Origin: an uncultured virus (IMG/VR IMGVR_UViG_3300005253_000213) | Taxonomy: Duplodnaviria; Heunggongvirae; Uroviricota; Caudoviricetes | Direction: 5' to 3' (one strand) | DNA length: 64,000 nt | IMG/VR virus record: IMGVR_UViG_3300005253_000213 | In this document: piece after piece, positions 46,907 through 56,912 of the stretch | How positions within the stretch are numbered: position 1 is the stretch's first letter | How the letters are laid out: each line of letters begins with the position of its first letter | Translations under genes and position numbers: made by a program | The notes under the pieces: model-generated | Told to the model about the DNA's origin: nothing | The model's database searches: none | Seen by the model: the letters and a program-made list of their open reading frames with translations, nothing else

Positions 46907-48305
46907 TTGTTACGACTTTCTGCGTCCCGCGCTCACATTCACGCGGCGGGTTCAGCGAGGTCGCGACGCCAATCGTGCAGTCTACGAGGAGGTTGAGCTC
47001 TGCGAGTTGCGCGTTGATCAGAAGACCGGACAACGTTTTCTGAAAGTACCGTCCGGGCTCAGATCACGCGTCAAGCGCGCATTGCGGGCGTTCAACCAGC
47101 CGTTCGACTACGTTGATCTGGCACCAGTACAGCTGGAGGATCCTGAGTGGCCGACAGTAAGTATGACGCGCGAAGGGCAGGATGCAATTCTTGCCAAGAT
47201 CGCGACATGCGATATGGGTCAGATACAGGCACCGACCGGCGAAGGAAAGACCTGGATCATCGTTCAGATCTGCAAGCTGTATCCTCACTCCAAGATTGTG
47301 GTCGTAGCACCGGGCATTGGCGAAGTGAAGACTATCAGAGACCGCATGCTGGCTGAGATATCTCCGATCCAGGTCGGGCAACTCGGCGGCGGTCGGCATG
47401 AGCAGGGTCGACGAATTCTTCTCTGCGTAAAGAACTCGCTTCGGAAAGCTGAGGCGGACCTTGCGGCCTGCAAGATACTGATCTACGACGAGTGTCATAC
47501 CGCGGCGGGACAGAAGACCAGTCTCGCACTCACGGCAGCCAGCCGATGCAAGATGTTCGGCTTCACGGCATCGCCGGAGATGCGGACCGATCGTGCCGAC
47601 ATGGTTGTCGAGGCACTCTTTGGACCGGTTATTCACGTGACCACGTATCAGGAGTCGCAGAAGCGTGGGAACATTGTGCCGATCCGTGTCATCGTGCGGC
47701 CTGTCACGCAGGGACCACAGCTCACTTCGAAGAACAGTACCGTTCTCAATCGGCACGGCATCTGGCGGAACAAGTACCGCAATCAGTTGATCGCCGACGA
47801 TGCTCGTCGCTTTTCAGCTGACGGCCAGCAGATCCTCGTGACAGTCGAAACTGTCGAGCATGCGCTCGAACTTTACCACCATCTTCGTGGCGACGGCTTC
47901 ATTCTGGTCTACTCATTCATGGATAAGCACCTGCGAATGCGCTACGAGAAGACTGGCGTTATTCACGCAGGTGAACATCCCATGACAACGAAAGAGCGAA
48001 TGGAGCTACAGGAGCAGTTTGAGACCGGCGCACTGCGTCGAGTGATCTCGACGTGCTGGAATCAGGGCGTCGACTTCAAGCAGCTGGAAGTACTGATTCG
48101 AGCCGACGGGCTTGCCAGCGCACTCAGGAGCATTCAGGTACCGGGACGGCTTTCACGTACGATCGAAGGTAAGGACTACGGGTTGCTTATCGACTATTAC
48201 GACGAGTTCAATGGAACACTGAACAATCGGGCAAAGGGTCGAATCAGGGTCTACAACAAGAGCGGCTGGAACGTACAGTTACCAAAAGTGATTGGTGTTT
48301 CATAA
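46854..48305 (+). CDS. Superfamily 2 DNA helicase (UvsW/Res-like)
   Basis: APTGEGKT, IYDECH, GFTASP, QGVD, QVPGRLSR. Confidence 0.9.
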   Translation: MDIVHIRKAGNLLQVIPDCYDFLRPALTFTRRVQRGRDANRAVYEEVELCELRVDQKTGQRFLKVPSGLRSRVKRALRAFNQPFDYVDLAPVQLEDPEWPTVSMTREGQDAILAKIATCDMGQIQAPTGEGKTWIIVQICKLYPHSKIVVVAPGIGEVKTIRDRMLAEISPIQVGQLGGGRHEQGRRILLCVKNSLRKAEADLAACKILIYDECHTAAGQKTSLALTAASRCKMFGFTASPEMRTDRADMVVEALFGPVIHVTTYQESQKRGNIVPIRVIVRPVTQGPQLTSKNSTVLNRHGIWRNKYRNQLIADDARRFSADGQQILVTVETVEHALELYHHLRGDGFILVYSFMDKHLRMRYEKTGVIHAGEHPMTTKERMELQEQFETGALRRVISTCWNQGVDFKQLEVLIRADGLASALRSIQVPGRLSRTIEGKDYGLLIDYYDEFNGTLNNRAKGRIRVYNKSGWNVQLPKVIGVS

Positions 48306-48853
48306 TGAACAACGAAGTGATCGAGCGTGCGGTGGTAGACATGAAGGAGTTGTACACTCGCTTGCGCGGACTTACCGCGCGCAACGTCGGGCATTCAGCG
48401 CAGCATGAAGAGAAGTGGTTCGCACTTGCATATGAGCTTATCGTTCGCAACCTCAATCCATGTCGCTACATCAAGTGGGCGTACGACTTCTTTCGCCGCA
48501 CCAATCCCGACGTGTACGTTACCATGATCACGTCTCTGAAGATGGTTCGTGTCTTCGCGAAAGATCATCCGGACTATGAGGCTGAGGTGCGGTTGGCAAT
48601 ACGACTTCAGGCCGATACCATGAACAGGCAACTTGCGCTCGGTCGATCTCCACAGGAAATTTTGGAGGATAAGTTCCTTGAGCTTGGCCCCGTTTTTAGG
48701 TACATTGTGGCTCTTCAGTTCAACTTGCCAGCTCACGCGGACCAGCTGCGCGGACCAGCTGAGTTAGATCTGGCTTGTGAACCTCTCTACCACCGGCTCA
48801 TTGGTGGTATGTTGCGGAGAGCGAAAAAGTGCAAGAGCCACTGTGTCTTCTGA
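48305..48853 (+). CDS. Hypothetical protein in the replication module
   Basis: Coupled to the helicase stop. Confidence 0.6.
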   Translation: MNNEVIERAVVDMKELYTRLRGLTARNVGHSAQHEEKWFALAYELIVRNLNPCRYIKWAYDFFRRTNPDVYVTMITSLKMVRVFAKDHPDYEAEVRLAIRLQADTMNRQLALGRSPQEILEDKFLELGPVFRYIVALQFNLPAHADQLRGPAELDLACEPLYHRLIGGMLRRAKKCKSHCVF

Positions 48854-48909
48854 TGGTCCTTCATAAGGCTATTGCCTTTGTTCCAGTACATACCGAGGAG
48901 GAGTCTGTC

Positions 48910-49356
48910 ATGACCTATGACGATAAAGCTGAAGAGAAGAAGGAGGAGCGACGACGTAACTGGCGCGAGAAGCGTCGACGCTATAAGAAATGCCATCGTG
49001 AGCAAGTTCGCCGATACCAACATGAATGGTACGAACAAAATCGCGAGAAACTGCGCCGCAGAAGTCGTCAACAGTATCTTCGCGCAAATTACGGGATGAC
49101 TCCCGAAGATTACGAACAGCTGCTACAGGCGGGCAACAAGCGTTGTTGGTTGTGTGGCACGACTGAGCCAGGCAGGAATGATAAGCATTTCAGTGTCGAT
49201 CATGATCATATCACAGGGCGAATAAGAGGACTCCTTTGTTTTGCCTGCAATGCAGGCATTATCGGTCGAATGGAGGAGCGTGAGGTAACACTGAAGACAC
49301 TTGCAAACTACCTGAAAGGAAAGAAAGCGTGCCGGATTTTGCAGATGCACTCGTGA
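48910..49356 (+). CDS. Endonuclease VII-type HNH endonuclease
   Basis: YGMTPEDY...CWLCG...VDHDHITGRIRGLLCFACN. Confidence 0.9.
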   Translation: MTYDDKAEEKKEERRRNWREKRRRYKKCHREQVRRYQHEWYEQNREKLRRRSRQQYLRANYGMTPEDYEQLLQAGNKRCWLCGTTEPGRNDKHFSVDHDHITGRIRGLLCFACNAGIIGRMEEREVTLKTLANYLKGKKACRILQMHS

Positions 49357-50810
49357 GCATTCAGGGGCGCGAGCAACTGGTGCATATGTTGGCGTATTCG
49401 GTTAGATGCCCAGAGGTGGCGTGGTTCGCGATTGAGCGACTCAATCCGCTTGATTTTGACGAGAGTACTCAACTGGATTTCATGATAGTCTGGCACATCT
49501 CGAAGATGTACTGGACTGAATACGGACAGGTTCCACCGCAACACTACTTACGTAGTATGTCCGTTTCCGTACTGTGGCAACGTGGATATCAAGAACCAGT
49601 CTACCACGAAGGCGTTCGGCGGCTCGTCGATTCGATTTATGCGCTGCAAGACCTTTCCAATAATGACTACGGAAAGAAACTATTGCACGCATTCTTCAAC
49701 GACATCTTTCTCAAGGAGCTGAAAGCGCTCTCCGAACAGCCAGCCGATCGTACCGACATCATAGAGGAAGTTGCACAACGGCATCGGCGCCTGTCTGTCT
49801 CGGAAATTGAGCAAGTTGACCCGTTTGACCTTACGGTCAAGCCGACATTCCCGAAACGAACACCAACCGGTACCACGTTCTTCGATTTGCTTCTTGGCGG
49901 CGGTCTGCTGCCTGCGGAAACAATTGGACTTCTCGGGCCGTCCGGCGGCGGAAAGACATTGCTGGCGCTGCAGATCAGTTGCAGCCTTGCTGAACGCCAG
50001 CACTATGTCGAGTACTTCACTTACGAACAGCCCGCCAAGGATCTGCAACCACGTGTATTGTCCTGTGCGGCAAAGGTCAGTAGCACTAAGATCCTGGGCA
50101 AGACGTGGGACCAGATGGATTCTACGTCGCGTCAGAAAATCGAGGAGCACGCGACACAGCGCAAGGCGTACCTGAACCTCCTCGATCGCTCAAGTGAGGG
50201 GTGCTCTATCTCCGAAATTGCCGGTCATATCGACAAGCGCATCAGGCTTGGCAAGAAACCCATGCTTGTCGTTATCGACTGGATCTGGCCACTCGTTGTC
50301 CGCATGACGGCGCGCAGCGACCGCCGAGGCGTTGACGAGCGAAAGTTGCTGATGGCGGCCATGGAGGATATCAAGTCGTTGGCGTCCGAGACGGGTGTTT
50401 GCTTTCTCGTGGTACACCAGCTCTCCACCGAAGTCGTGAAGAAATCGCCGGGTAAGAAGCCGCAGTGGTTCAACTCGGCAGAGGCCGGTTCTTTCGCGTG
50501 GTTCCTGCCGTACTGCTTCGCGATCGGCACTGCGGATCCAAACGGCTATTGCTGGCTGGTCGGCTCGAAGGCACGGAACAACGCAACGAAAGAGGTCATG
50601 CTGCGACTGAATGGCGAGTACAATCGCTTTCAGGCGACTGACAAGTCAATGGTCTTCGACGTTGCTCGGCAGGAGTTCGTCAATCAGGATGATGTGGGCA
50701 AGATGCCTGGTATGCCAGGAAAGGTCACGCCCGCCGATGGAGAGGAAGACGAGCCGCCTGATGCGGACTCGGAGGACCACATAGCCGGCATAGGAGGGCT
50801 TCAGGCGTAA
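49329..50810 (+). CDS. Replicative helicase (DnaB/RecA-fold)
   Basis: GPSGGGKT, FTYEQ, VVIDW, VHQL, KARN; next to primase. Confidence 0.8.
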   Translation: MPDFADALVSIQGREQLVHMLAYSVRCPEVAWFAIERLNPLDFDESTQLDFMIVWHISKMYWTEYGQVPPQHYLRSMSVSVLWQRGYQEPVYHEGVRRLVDSIYALQDLSNNDYGKKLLHAFFNDIFLKELKALSEQPADRTDIIEEVAQRHRRLSVSEIEQVDPFDLTVKPTFPKRTPTGTTFFDLLLGGGLLPAETIGLLGPSGGGKTLLALQISCSLAERQHYVEYFTYEQPAKDLQPRVLSCAAKVSSTKILGKTWDQMDSTSRQKIEEHATQRKAYLNLLDRSSEGCSISEIAGHIDKRIRLGKKPMLVVIDWIWPLVVRMTARSDRRGVDERKLLMAAMEDIKSLASETGVCFLVVHQLSTEVVKKSPGKKPQWFNSAEAGSFAWFLPYCFAIGTADPNGYCWLVGSKARNNATKEVMLRLNGEYNRFQATDKSMVFDVARQEFVNQDDVGKMPGMPGKVTPADGEEDEPPDADSEDHIAGIGGLQA

Positions 50811-51940
50811 TGGCGCTGAATGAGAAACTGTACCGACAGCTGCTACGTGTTTTCGGCAGCGGTGTCAACATCGCCAAAGAGGGCGAGTCGCTCGGACTCA
50901 GCGTGTCAGTCGATCCGTTCACTGGGACGAAGCGATTCAACGTCATAGACGGCGGCGAGGACTACAAGGTCTGTTGCCCTTTCTGTGGCGATACCAGGTA
51001 TCGCCTGGAGATCAGCCACATGTGGCAGATTCGTGAAAAGGAGACGGGGTATCAGCTTGGGCTTTCGGTCGTGCGTTGCTACAACGACGGCTGCGATCTG
51101 AACGTAGATGCACCGATCGAGCGACGACGGTGGTGCCATGATCGGCTGCAGAACATGCTCAAGCCATATATCGCGCGAGCTCACAATCTCCAGATTCGCG
51201 CACCGGTCAGAGGTGCCGAGCTGAAAGAAATGACGTTGCCCGAGAAGCGGCAGCCGCTCGTCGAACTACCGGACCACCATCCGGCCATGCGATATCTGGT
51301 TGGGCGCGGATTCAATCCGCAGGAGCTGGCGCAGGAGTTCGAGCTGTACTATTGCGTCCAGGATCCACATCCATTCGTGTCAGAGCGGATCATCATTCCG
51401 ATCCGAATCAGCAAGAAGCTGGTTGGTTGGCAGGCGCGCATGATCAGAGAACCGATCGACGAAGATGACGCGCCCAAGTACTACACAGCGGCGGGTACGG
51501 CCAAGAACCGTGTGCTCTACAACTACGATCGCGCGAAGGAGACGCCATTTGGCATAGTTGTCGAGGGTGTGTCCGACGTGTGGCGTGTTGGTGGGGCAGG
51601 TGTTGCGGTTTTGGGCAGCTCTATCAGCCAGACGCAGTTCATGCTCATGACGAATGCGTGGGGTGACTCGGGCATCGGGCTCATGCTTGATCCTGACTTC
51701 ATCGAGAAACCACGCAAACATCCCGAGCGCCCGACTGCGTATGAGAAGATCAGGACGACACTGGGCGCCAAGACGGCCTTTAGCTGGGGCATGCTGGAGA
51801 TCGTGCTGCCTGGCGGCTTCGATCCCGGCAAGTGCCCACGCGACTGGCTATGGAAATACATCAGCAAGGTTGCTGAGTTGAGCGACTACAGGTATCCGAT
51901 ACTTGGAACGGGAACAGCGAATGCAGATCGAGGAGTTTGA
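50810..51940 (+). CDS. DNA primase (zinc finger + TOPRIM)
   Basis: CPFCGD, RIIIPI, GWQAR, PKY, VVEGVSDV, LMLDPD. Confidence 0.88.
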   Translation: MALNEKLYRQLLRVFGSGVNIAKEGESLGLSVSVDPFTGTKRFNVIDGGEDYKVCCPFCGDTRYRLEISHMWQIREKETGYQLGLSVVRCYNDGCDLNVDAPIERRRWCHDRLQNMLKPYIARAHNLQIRAPVRGAELKEMTLPEKRQPLVELPDHHPAMRYLVGRGFNPQELAQEFELYYCVQDPHPFVSERIIIPIRISKKLVGWQARMIREPIDEDDAPKYYTAAGTAKNRVLYNYDRAKETPFGIVVEGVSDVWRVGGAGVAVLGSSISQTQFMLMTNAWGDSGIGLMLDPDFIEKPRKHPERPTAYEKIRTTLGAKTAFSWGMLEIVLPGGFDPGKCPRDWLWKYISKVAELSDYRYPILGTGTANADRGV

Positions 51941-54854
51941 ATTCACTCGTGCCGAAGAGCTGTTCCCACCGACGCTCACGTGGGAGATCTCGGCGCAACT
52001 TCAGGGCATAGACGTTTCGGAGCTGCTGACTCGTGCCAGCCGCGGATCGGTGACGCTCAACGTCATCGATTTGAAGGGCAAAGGTGGCAAGCCTGATGTG
52101 CGTCGAGATGTTACCACCATTCCAGGTCATATCTGGGGTGGTTACCCCGGCGAACCGCGGCATGCCGACGTAATGATCATCGGGAAGCGTCCCGGTGATG
52201 ACGAGATGGCGTCAGGCAGAAATCTGCAGGGCAATAGCGGTATCGAACTCGCCAGGGTTTTCAGGAAGTGTGGGCTACCGTATCAGAGTTTCTGGGTCAC
52301 GAACATAGTCCAGTTCCTGCCGCCCGATGGAGGAAAGAACCTCAAAGCTCACCACAGGCAAGACTGCGCAACGTTGCTTGCGCAGGAGCTGCAGGCCGTC
52401 AGGCCGAAGTACATTCTGTTGCTGGGCTCCGATGCAGTGAAGTTCCTTTTCGGGCGCAAGGCAACGATGACGAGTCTGCGTGGGGCAGTGCTCAACTTCA
52501 AGTACGACGAGGTTGGCGTACTTCCAACGCGTGACTACGGAAACGATCTCGATGTCATTACTACGGAGTTCAGCAAGGCACAGGTCATGGTCACGACGCA
52601 TACAGCAGCAATTCTTCGTGAGCCTTCGCTCGTGCCTGGCTTCGAAAAGGACATCGAGCTGTTTGCCGACCTCATACATGGCAGGCGTGGAACACAGCCG
52701 CCGATCGATCAGGTCAACAACTACCAGTACATCCGTGACGCGGAGACGTTGAATGCGCTTGTCGATCGGCTCATTGCAGAGAACTACACCAGCATCTCGA
52801 TCGACTGCGAGTGGGGCGGCACCAAGTTCACCAGCGGCTATCTCCGAACGATCCAGTTCTCGTGGGCTGCGGGGCAGGCCGCTGTTGTCATACTTCGCGA
52901 CTGCGAACACGGTCGAACACCTGTTTTCAAACCGGCTATCATCAATGCCATCGAAGCCATACGGCGGCTGATCGATCGGCCCGGCGTAAAACTCTGGGGT
53001 CAGAATATGCGCTCCGACGCGCTCTGGCTCGAAGACTTCGGCCTTCCTGTGATGAAGCGCTTCGCGTTCGACACCATGTTGGCTGATCACGTCATCAACG
53101 AGAGCTGGGAGCACGGTCTGTTGGCACTCACGGTACGGTATACGAATATGGGCCGGTACGACTTCGAGCTTCAGAGCTGGCTCAAGCTGAATCCGCAACC
53201 TAAAGACGCCGGCTACGCGAACATACCGGATGCCATTCTGCATCCCTACAGTGCAGCTGATGCAGATGCGGTGTTCAGAATCACGCCGGTCCTTGTCGAC
53301 ATCCTTGGCCGTTCAGAGAACGCTGACATCGCCTGGCTCTTCTACCAGATTGTGATGCCGGCGAGTCATCCCATCCACGAGATGGAGCGAACGGGCATGC
53401 TTGTTGATCCGGAGCGGATGGTAGATCTTTTATGGAAGTACGACGCGAAGAAGAAAGAGATCCTGAAGGAGCTGCGCGCCAAGATCAACTGGCCCGAGTT
53501 CAATCCGCGCTCCTGGCCGCAGAAGCAGACGTTGCTGTTCGGTCCCAAGCAGGACGGCATGCTAGGCATGACGCCCATCAAGACGACCGAGAAGCCATCG
53601 CGTGAGTGGTCCGAGGTCATGAAGCTGCCAACTGAAGAGCGGGAGCGGCTGAATGCGGCTACTGACAGTGAAACGCTGAATCTGCTCTGGATCGATGCAC
53701 CGGACGACTTCACGAAGGCTGTCATTCTCAAGCTCGAACACTTCCAGACGATCGACCAGATCACGAAGAACTTCCTTCGGCTGCCGAAGGGATACACCGA
53801 AACTGACGAGCTCAACGTCGCGTTCGATCGTGACATCTACGTGAGCGGCTTGCTGGGACACATCGATGACGACGGACGGATCCGGACAACAATTTCGCAG
53901 CTCAAGGAGACTGGTCGTTACAGCTCCAGCCGCCCAAACCTCCAGAACATCAGCAAACGGCAGGAGCCGCGCTACCGCGAGATCATGGGCGAGGCCATTC
54001 CGACGATTCGTTCCTGCTTCGTACACAGTCCAGGACATGTACTGGTCGAGGCCGACTACAAGTCCGCCGAGATCGTCACGCTGGCATATCTCAGTAACGA
54101 TCCGCAGCTCATCGAGGATGCGCTCGGCCCGGTGAAGCTGCATGCCAAGGTCGCCGTCGATCTTCTTGGTGCGCCATGTAGTTACGAGGAAGTTGCGAAG
54201 AAGTTCGAGCATCTCTACGTTGGTGCCAAGAACATCAACTTTGGCATCCCCTATCAGCGTGGCGCCAGAGCAATCGCACGCCAGGTGAATCGCGAGACCA
54301 AGGGTAAGGCAAACATGACGGGTGACGAAGCCCAGGGGATCATCAACAACTGGTATGCGCGCTATGCCCGTGTCAGGTCGTTGGTGGATCGATGCAAGCG
54401 AGGAGTTCAACGAAAGCCACACTGGATTCCGAACCCATGGGGGCGTAGGCGGCGCTTCTATGTTTCGCCGAGTCAGTCTGTCATGGCGGCACAGGAGCGG
54501 GAGGCAGTCAACTTCCCGATTCAGAGCACAGTTGCCGAGGCGCTCAGTAAGGCGCTCTTCAATCTGTATCAGTATCGGCGACTGCATCCCGCATACAATT
54601 TCAAGATCCTGCTGGCTATTCACGATGCGATCCTCTTCGATGTGCCGGTAGAGATCTTGGATGAGTTCATCGACAGTGTTCTTCCGCTGTGCATGGTGCA
54701 CGGCGTCGAGATACCGTCATGTGCATTCTACGGGTCGCCTACGTTCAAGCTCGACATCGATACTGACATAACGCTCAGATGGGGTGAGCAACCGCAGCGC
54801 GAACATCTTGAAGTACGTGGCGTACCGGAACGATTTCTTCCGAAGGTAGGATGA
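51903..54854 (+). CDS. polA: Family A DNA polymerase with N-terminal uracil-DNA-glycosylase-like and 3'-5' exonuclease domains
   Basis: UDG-like IIGKRPG...VTN...HTAAILR; exonuclease SIDCE, FDTMLA, YSAADAD; polymerase TGRYSSSRPNLQNI, ADYKSAE, AKNINFG, NFPIQS, IHDA. Confidence 0.92.
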   Translation: MEREQRMQIEEFEFTRAEELFPPTLTWEISAQLQGIDVSELLTRASRGSVTLNVIDLKGKGGKPDVRRDVTTIPGHIWGGYPGEPRHADVMIIGKRPGDDEMASGRNLQGNSGIELARVFRKCGLPYQSFWVTNIVQFLPPDGGKNLKAHHRQDCATLLAQELQAVRPKYILLLGSDAVKFLFGRKATMTSLRGAVLNFKYDEVGVLPTRDYGNDLDVITTEFSKAQVMVTTHTAAILREPSLVPGFEKDIELFADLIHGRRGTQPPIDQVNNYQYIRDAETLNALVDRLIAENYTSISIDCEWGGTKFTSGYLRTIQFSWAAGQAAVVILRDCEHGRTPVFKPAIINAIEAIRRLIDRPGVKLWGQNMRSDALWLEDFGLPVMKRFAFDTMLADHVINESWEHGLLALTVRYTNMGRYDFELQSWLKLNPQPKDAGYANIPDAILHPYSAADADAVFRITPVLVDILGRSENADIAWLFYQIVMPASHPIHEMERTGMLVDPERMVDLLWKYDAKKKEILKELRAKINWPEFNPRSWPQKQTLLFGPKQDGMLGMTPIKTTEKPSREWSEVMKLPTEERERLNAATDSETLNLLWIDAPDDFTKAVILKLEHFQTIDQITKNFLRLPKGYTETDELNVAFDRDIYVSGLLGHIDDDGRIRTTISQLKETGRYSSSRPNLQNISKRQEPRYREIMGEAIPTIRSCFVHSPGHVLVEADYKSAEIVTLAYLSNDPQLIEDALGPVKLHAKVAVDLLGAPCSYEEVAKKFEHLYVGAKNINFGIPYQRGARAIARQVNRETKGKANMTGDEAQGIINNWYARYARVRSLVDRCKRGVQRKPHWIPNPWGRRRRFYVSPSQSVMAAQEREAVNFPIQSTVAEALSKALFNLYQYRRLHPAYNFKILLAIHDAILFDVPVEILDEFIDSVLPLCMVHGVEIPSCAFYGSPTFKLDIDTDITLRWGEQPQREHLEVRGVPERFLPKVG

Positions 54855-55309
54855 AGAGGAGGGACATGAGACCAACGTGGGATCAGTATTTCCTGAGAAT
54901 TGCAAGGGAGGTGGCGAGTCGCTCTGTTTGTCTGCGCCATCAGATCGGAGCTGTGATTGTCAGGAACAAGCGTATTCTGACGGCAGGGTACAACGGTCCA
55001 CCTGCCGGCTTGAAGCACTGTGAGGCGCGAGGCGGGTGTCTGCGGGATAGAAAGAAGATTCCGTCCGGTACGAGGCTCGACGAGGATTACGCACTTCACG
55101 CTGAGGCGAATGCGCTTCTGCAGGCTGCGCTTCATGGCGTCTCGACCGATGGGGCAACGATGTATTGTACACATGGTCCCTGCAGTCTGTGCGCGAAGCT
55201 GATGATCAATGCCGGTATCAAACGGGTGGTGTCGGCGAAGCCGTATCCGAATGACTTCGCTGCCCAGCTGTTGTGTGAGGCTGGGGTGAAGCAGGAAGAG
55301 CATACGTAA
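54851..55309 (+). CDS. dCMP deaminase (ComEB-like)
   Basis: GYNG, HAEANA, PCSLCAK. Confidence 0.92.
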   Translation: MKRRDMRPTWDQYFLRIAREVASRSVCLRHQIGAVIVRNKRILTAGYNGPPAGLKHCEARGGCLRDRKKIPSGTRLDEDYALHAEANALLQAALHGVSTDGATMYCTHGPCSLCAKLMINAGIKRVVSAKPYPNDFAAQLLCEAGVKQEEHT

Positions 55310-55333
55310 AGGCACGCGGAAAGGAAGAGAAAC

Positions 55334-56851
55334 ATGGGGAGTAGTTACAAGACGCAAGTCTCAAGAGGTGGTCTCGACGGTTCCTCGGGGTTCCTGATTC
55401 GGGCGGCAGGTATGCCGCACCGGACCACGATGCCCTCGTGGGAGAAAGAGACCCAGTTTCGCATCTTCCCGGCGCCGAAAGAGGGTGGCGGTTGGTACCC
55501 TGCACGGCTGTCCGCGGAAGACAACGACTTCAGCCTGGCGGTCTGGAGCGAGCCCGTCGCGAGGCGGCTTGGCGTGTATGAGCAGTTTACGTTCATCACG
55601 CGCATTCCCGGCCGGCAGGGTGAATCACCGACGGAGCGGTTCTGCAACGCGCTGATCCAGATGATCGAGGAGAAGCCCCGCGACGTTCCGGAGGATTGGG
55701 TCATGTGGCCCAAGGGCGGACGCGGCCAGGCACCGAAGCTGGCCAAGGTCCGCAACTGCGTCTTCTTCCAGGGCATGACGATCATGTCCCAGGGAAAGAC
55801 ACTGGTCAATGCAGCAGGTCAGCCCGCGCCGCAGTTCCCGTCGATGCTCATGGGGACGATCTCGATGCAGATCTTCTTCGAGCAGCTCGCGAACAAGCGG
55901 ATCCAGGGCGCGCAGCTACCGCCCGATCAGCTGGTCGAGCAGGCCAAGACTGACGAGAACGCGCGGAAGCAGCTGGACCAGTACTGGGCAGCGGCGTTCG
56001 CTCTCGGTGACTGGTGCTCGTTGGAGGGCGGCCGGGTCGTGAAGATCTATCAAGCTCCTCCCGGCGACAACTTCCAGCGTCCACACTACGAGATCCAGAT
56101 GGCTGAAGCGGTTCCGCTCCAGGGAATCGAGGCAATGGTGCGGTCGTTCTACAGGCCGTGGGAGGAGCTGCTCCAGTTCCACACGGCAGAGGCGCAGATC
56201 GAACTGCTCAGCCGGGCGTTCCCACCCGAAGCCGTCGACTTCGTTTTCGGACACACGGAGTTCGAAGCGGCGCTTCCAACGTCGGTCAAGGGCGCATGGC
56301 ACAACTGGAAGACGAATCAGGGCGCATGGACGCCGGGAATGCAGCCGGGAGTGGCTGCTACCGGTGCACCGGCGCCGAATCCTCCGATAGTCGGACCGGC
56401 CACGGTTCAGCCGACGACGGCAGTTCCGCCGTCACCGTTTTCAGTTGCACCATCGTCGGCAGCGTTTCCGCCGACACCAGCAGCAGCCTCACCGGCACCG
56501 GCACCAGCGGCAGCTTCACCGGCACCGGCAGCAGTTCCGCCGGCACCAGCGGCAGCTTCCGCTCCGGACGGAGCCAGGCAGTTCGATCTGAGCGGTGGAG
56601 GTCAGGTACCGGGAGAGGTAGCAGACCAGCCGCTCATGGGCAGTGGAGCGTTCGCAACAACGCCTGCCGAGTTCCAGCAGCCGGTCGGCGCAGGTACGCC
56701 GGCAGCGGCACAGCCGACGACCGCCGCTCCTGCTGGTACACCTGCACCGGCTGCAGCAGCCGGCGAGGTAGATGCGGCAAAGCTGAACGCTGCACTCGAT
56801 GATCTGCAGAAGGGACGTGATCAGGCTGCAGGGGGCAACCTCGGTGGCTAG
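55334..56851 (+). CDS. Hypothetical protein with long Pro/Ala-rich tail (position typical of an ssDNA-binding protein)
   Basis: FRIFPAP motif; lies between polymerase/deaminase and RecA; function is inference. Confidence 0.55.
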   Translation: MGSSYKTQVSRGGLDGSSGFLIRAAGMPHRTTMPSWEKETQFRIFPAPKEGGGWYPARLSAEDNDFSLAVWSEPVARRLGVYEQFTFITRIPGRQGESPTERFCNALIQMIEEKPRDVPEDWVMWPKGGRGQAPKLAKVRNCVFFQGMTIMSQGKTLVNAAGQPAPQFPSMLMGTISMQIFFEQLANKRIQGAQLPPDQLVEQAKTDENARKQLDQYWAAAFALGDWCSLEGGRVVKIYQAPPGDNFQRPHYEIQMAEAVPLQGIEAMVRSFYRPWEELLQFHTAEAQIELLSRAFPPEAVDFVFGHTEFEAALPTSVKGAWHNWKTNQGAWTPGMQPGVAATGAPAPNPPIVGPATVQPTTAVPPSPFSVAPSSAAFPPTPAAASPAPAPAAASPAPAAVPPAPAAASAPDGARQFDLSGGGQVPGEVADQPLMGSGAFATTPAEFQQPVGAGTPAAAQPTTAAPAGTPAPAAAAGEVDAAKLNAALDDLQKGRDQAAGGNLGG

Positions 56852-56865
56852 GTAACAACGGGGAT

Positions 56866-56888
56866 GTGGGCGTCCTTCGGGGCGCCCA
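56866..56888 (+). terminator. UUCG-capped hairpin between the SSB-like and RecA-like genes
   Basis: TGGGCGTCC-TTCG-GGGCGCCCA. Confidence 0.5.
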
Positions 56889-56912
56889 TGTCTACCGTAA
56901 AGGAGGATAGCA

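Noticed and set aside
56460..56570. PAAASPAPA repeats (also VTKELG twice at 62470-62512)
   Set aside because: Ordinary in-frame low-complexity duplications.
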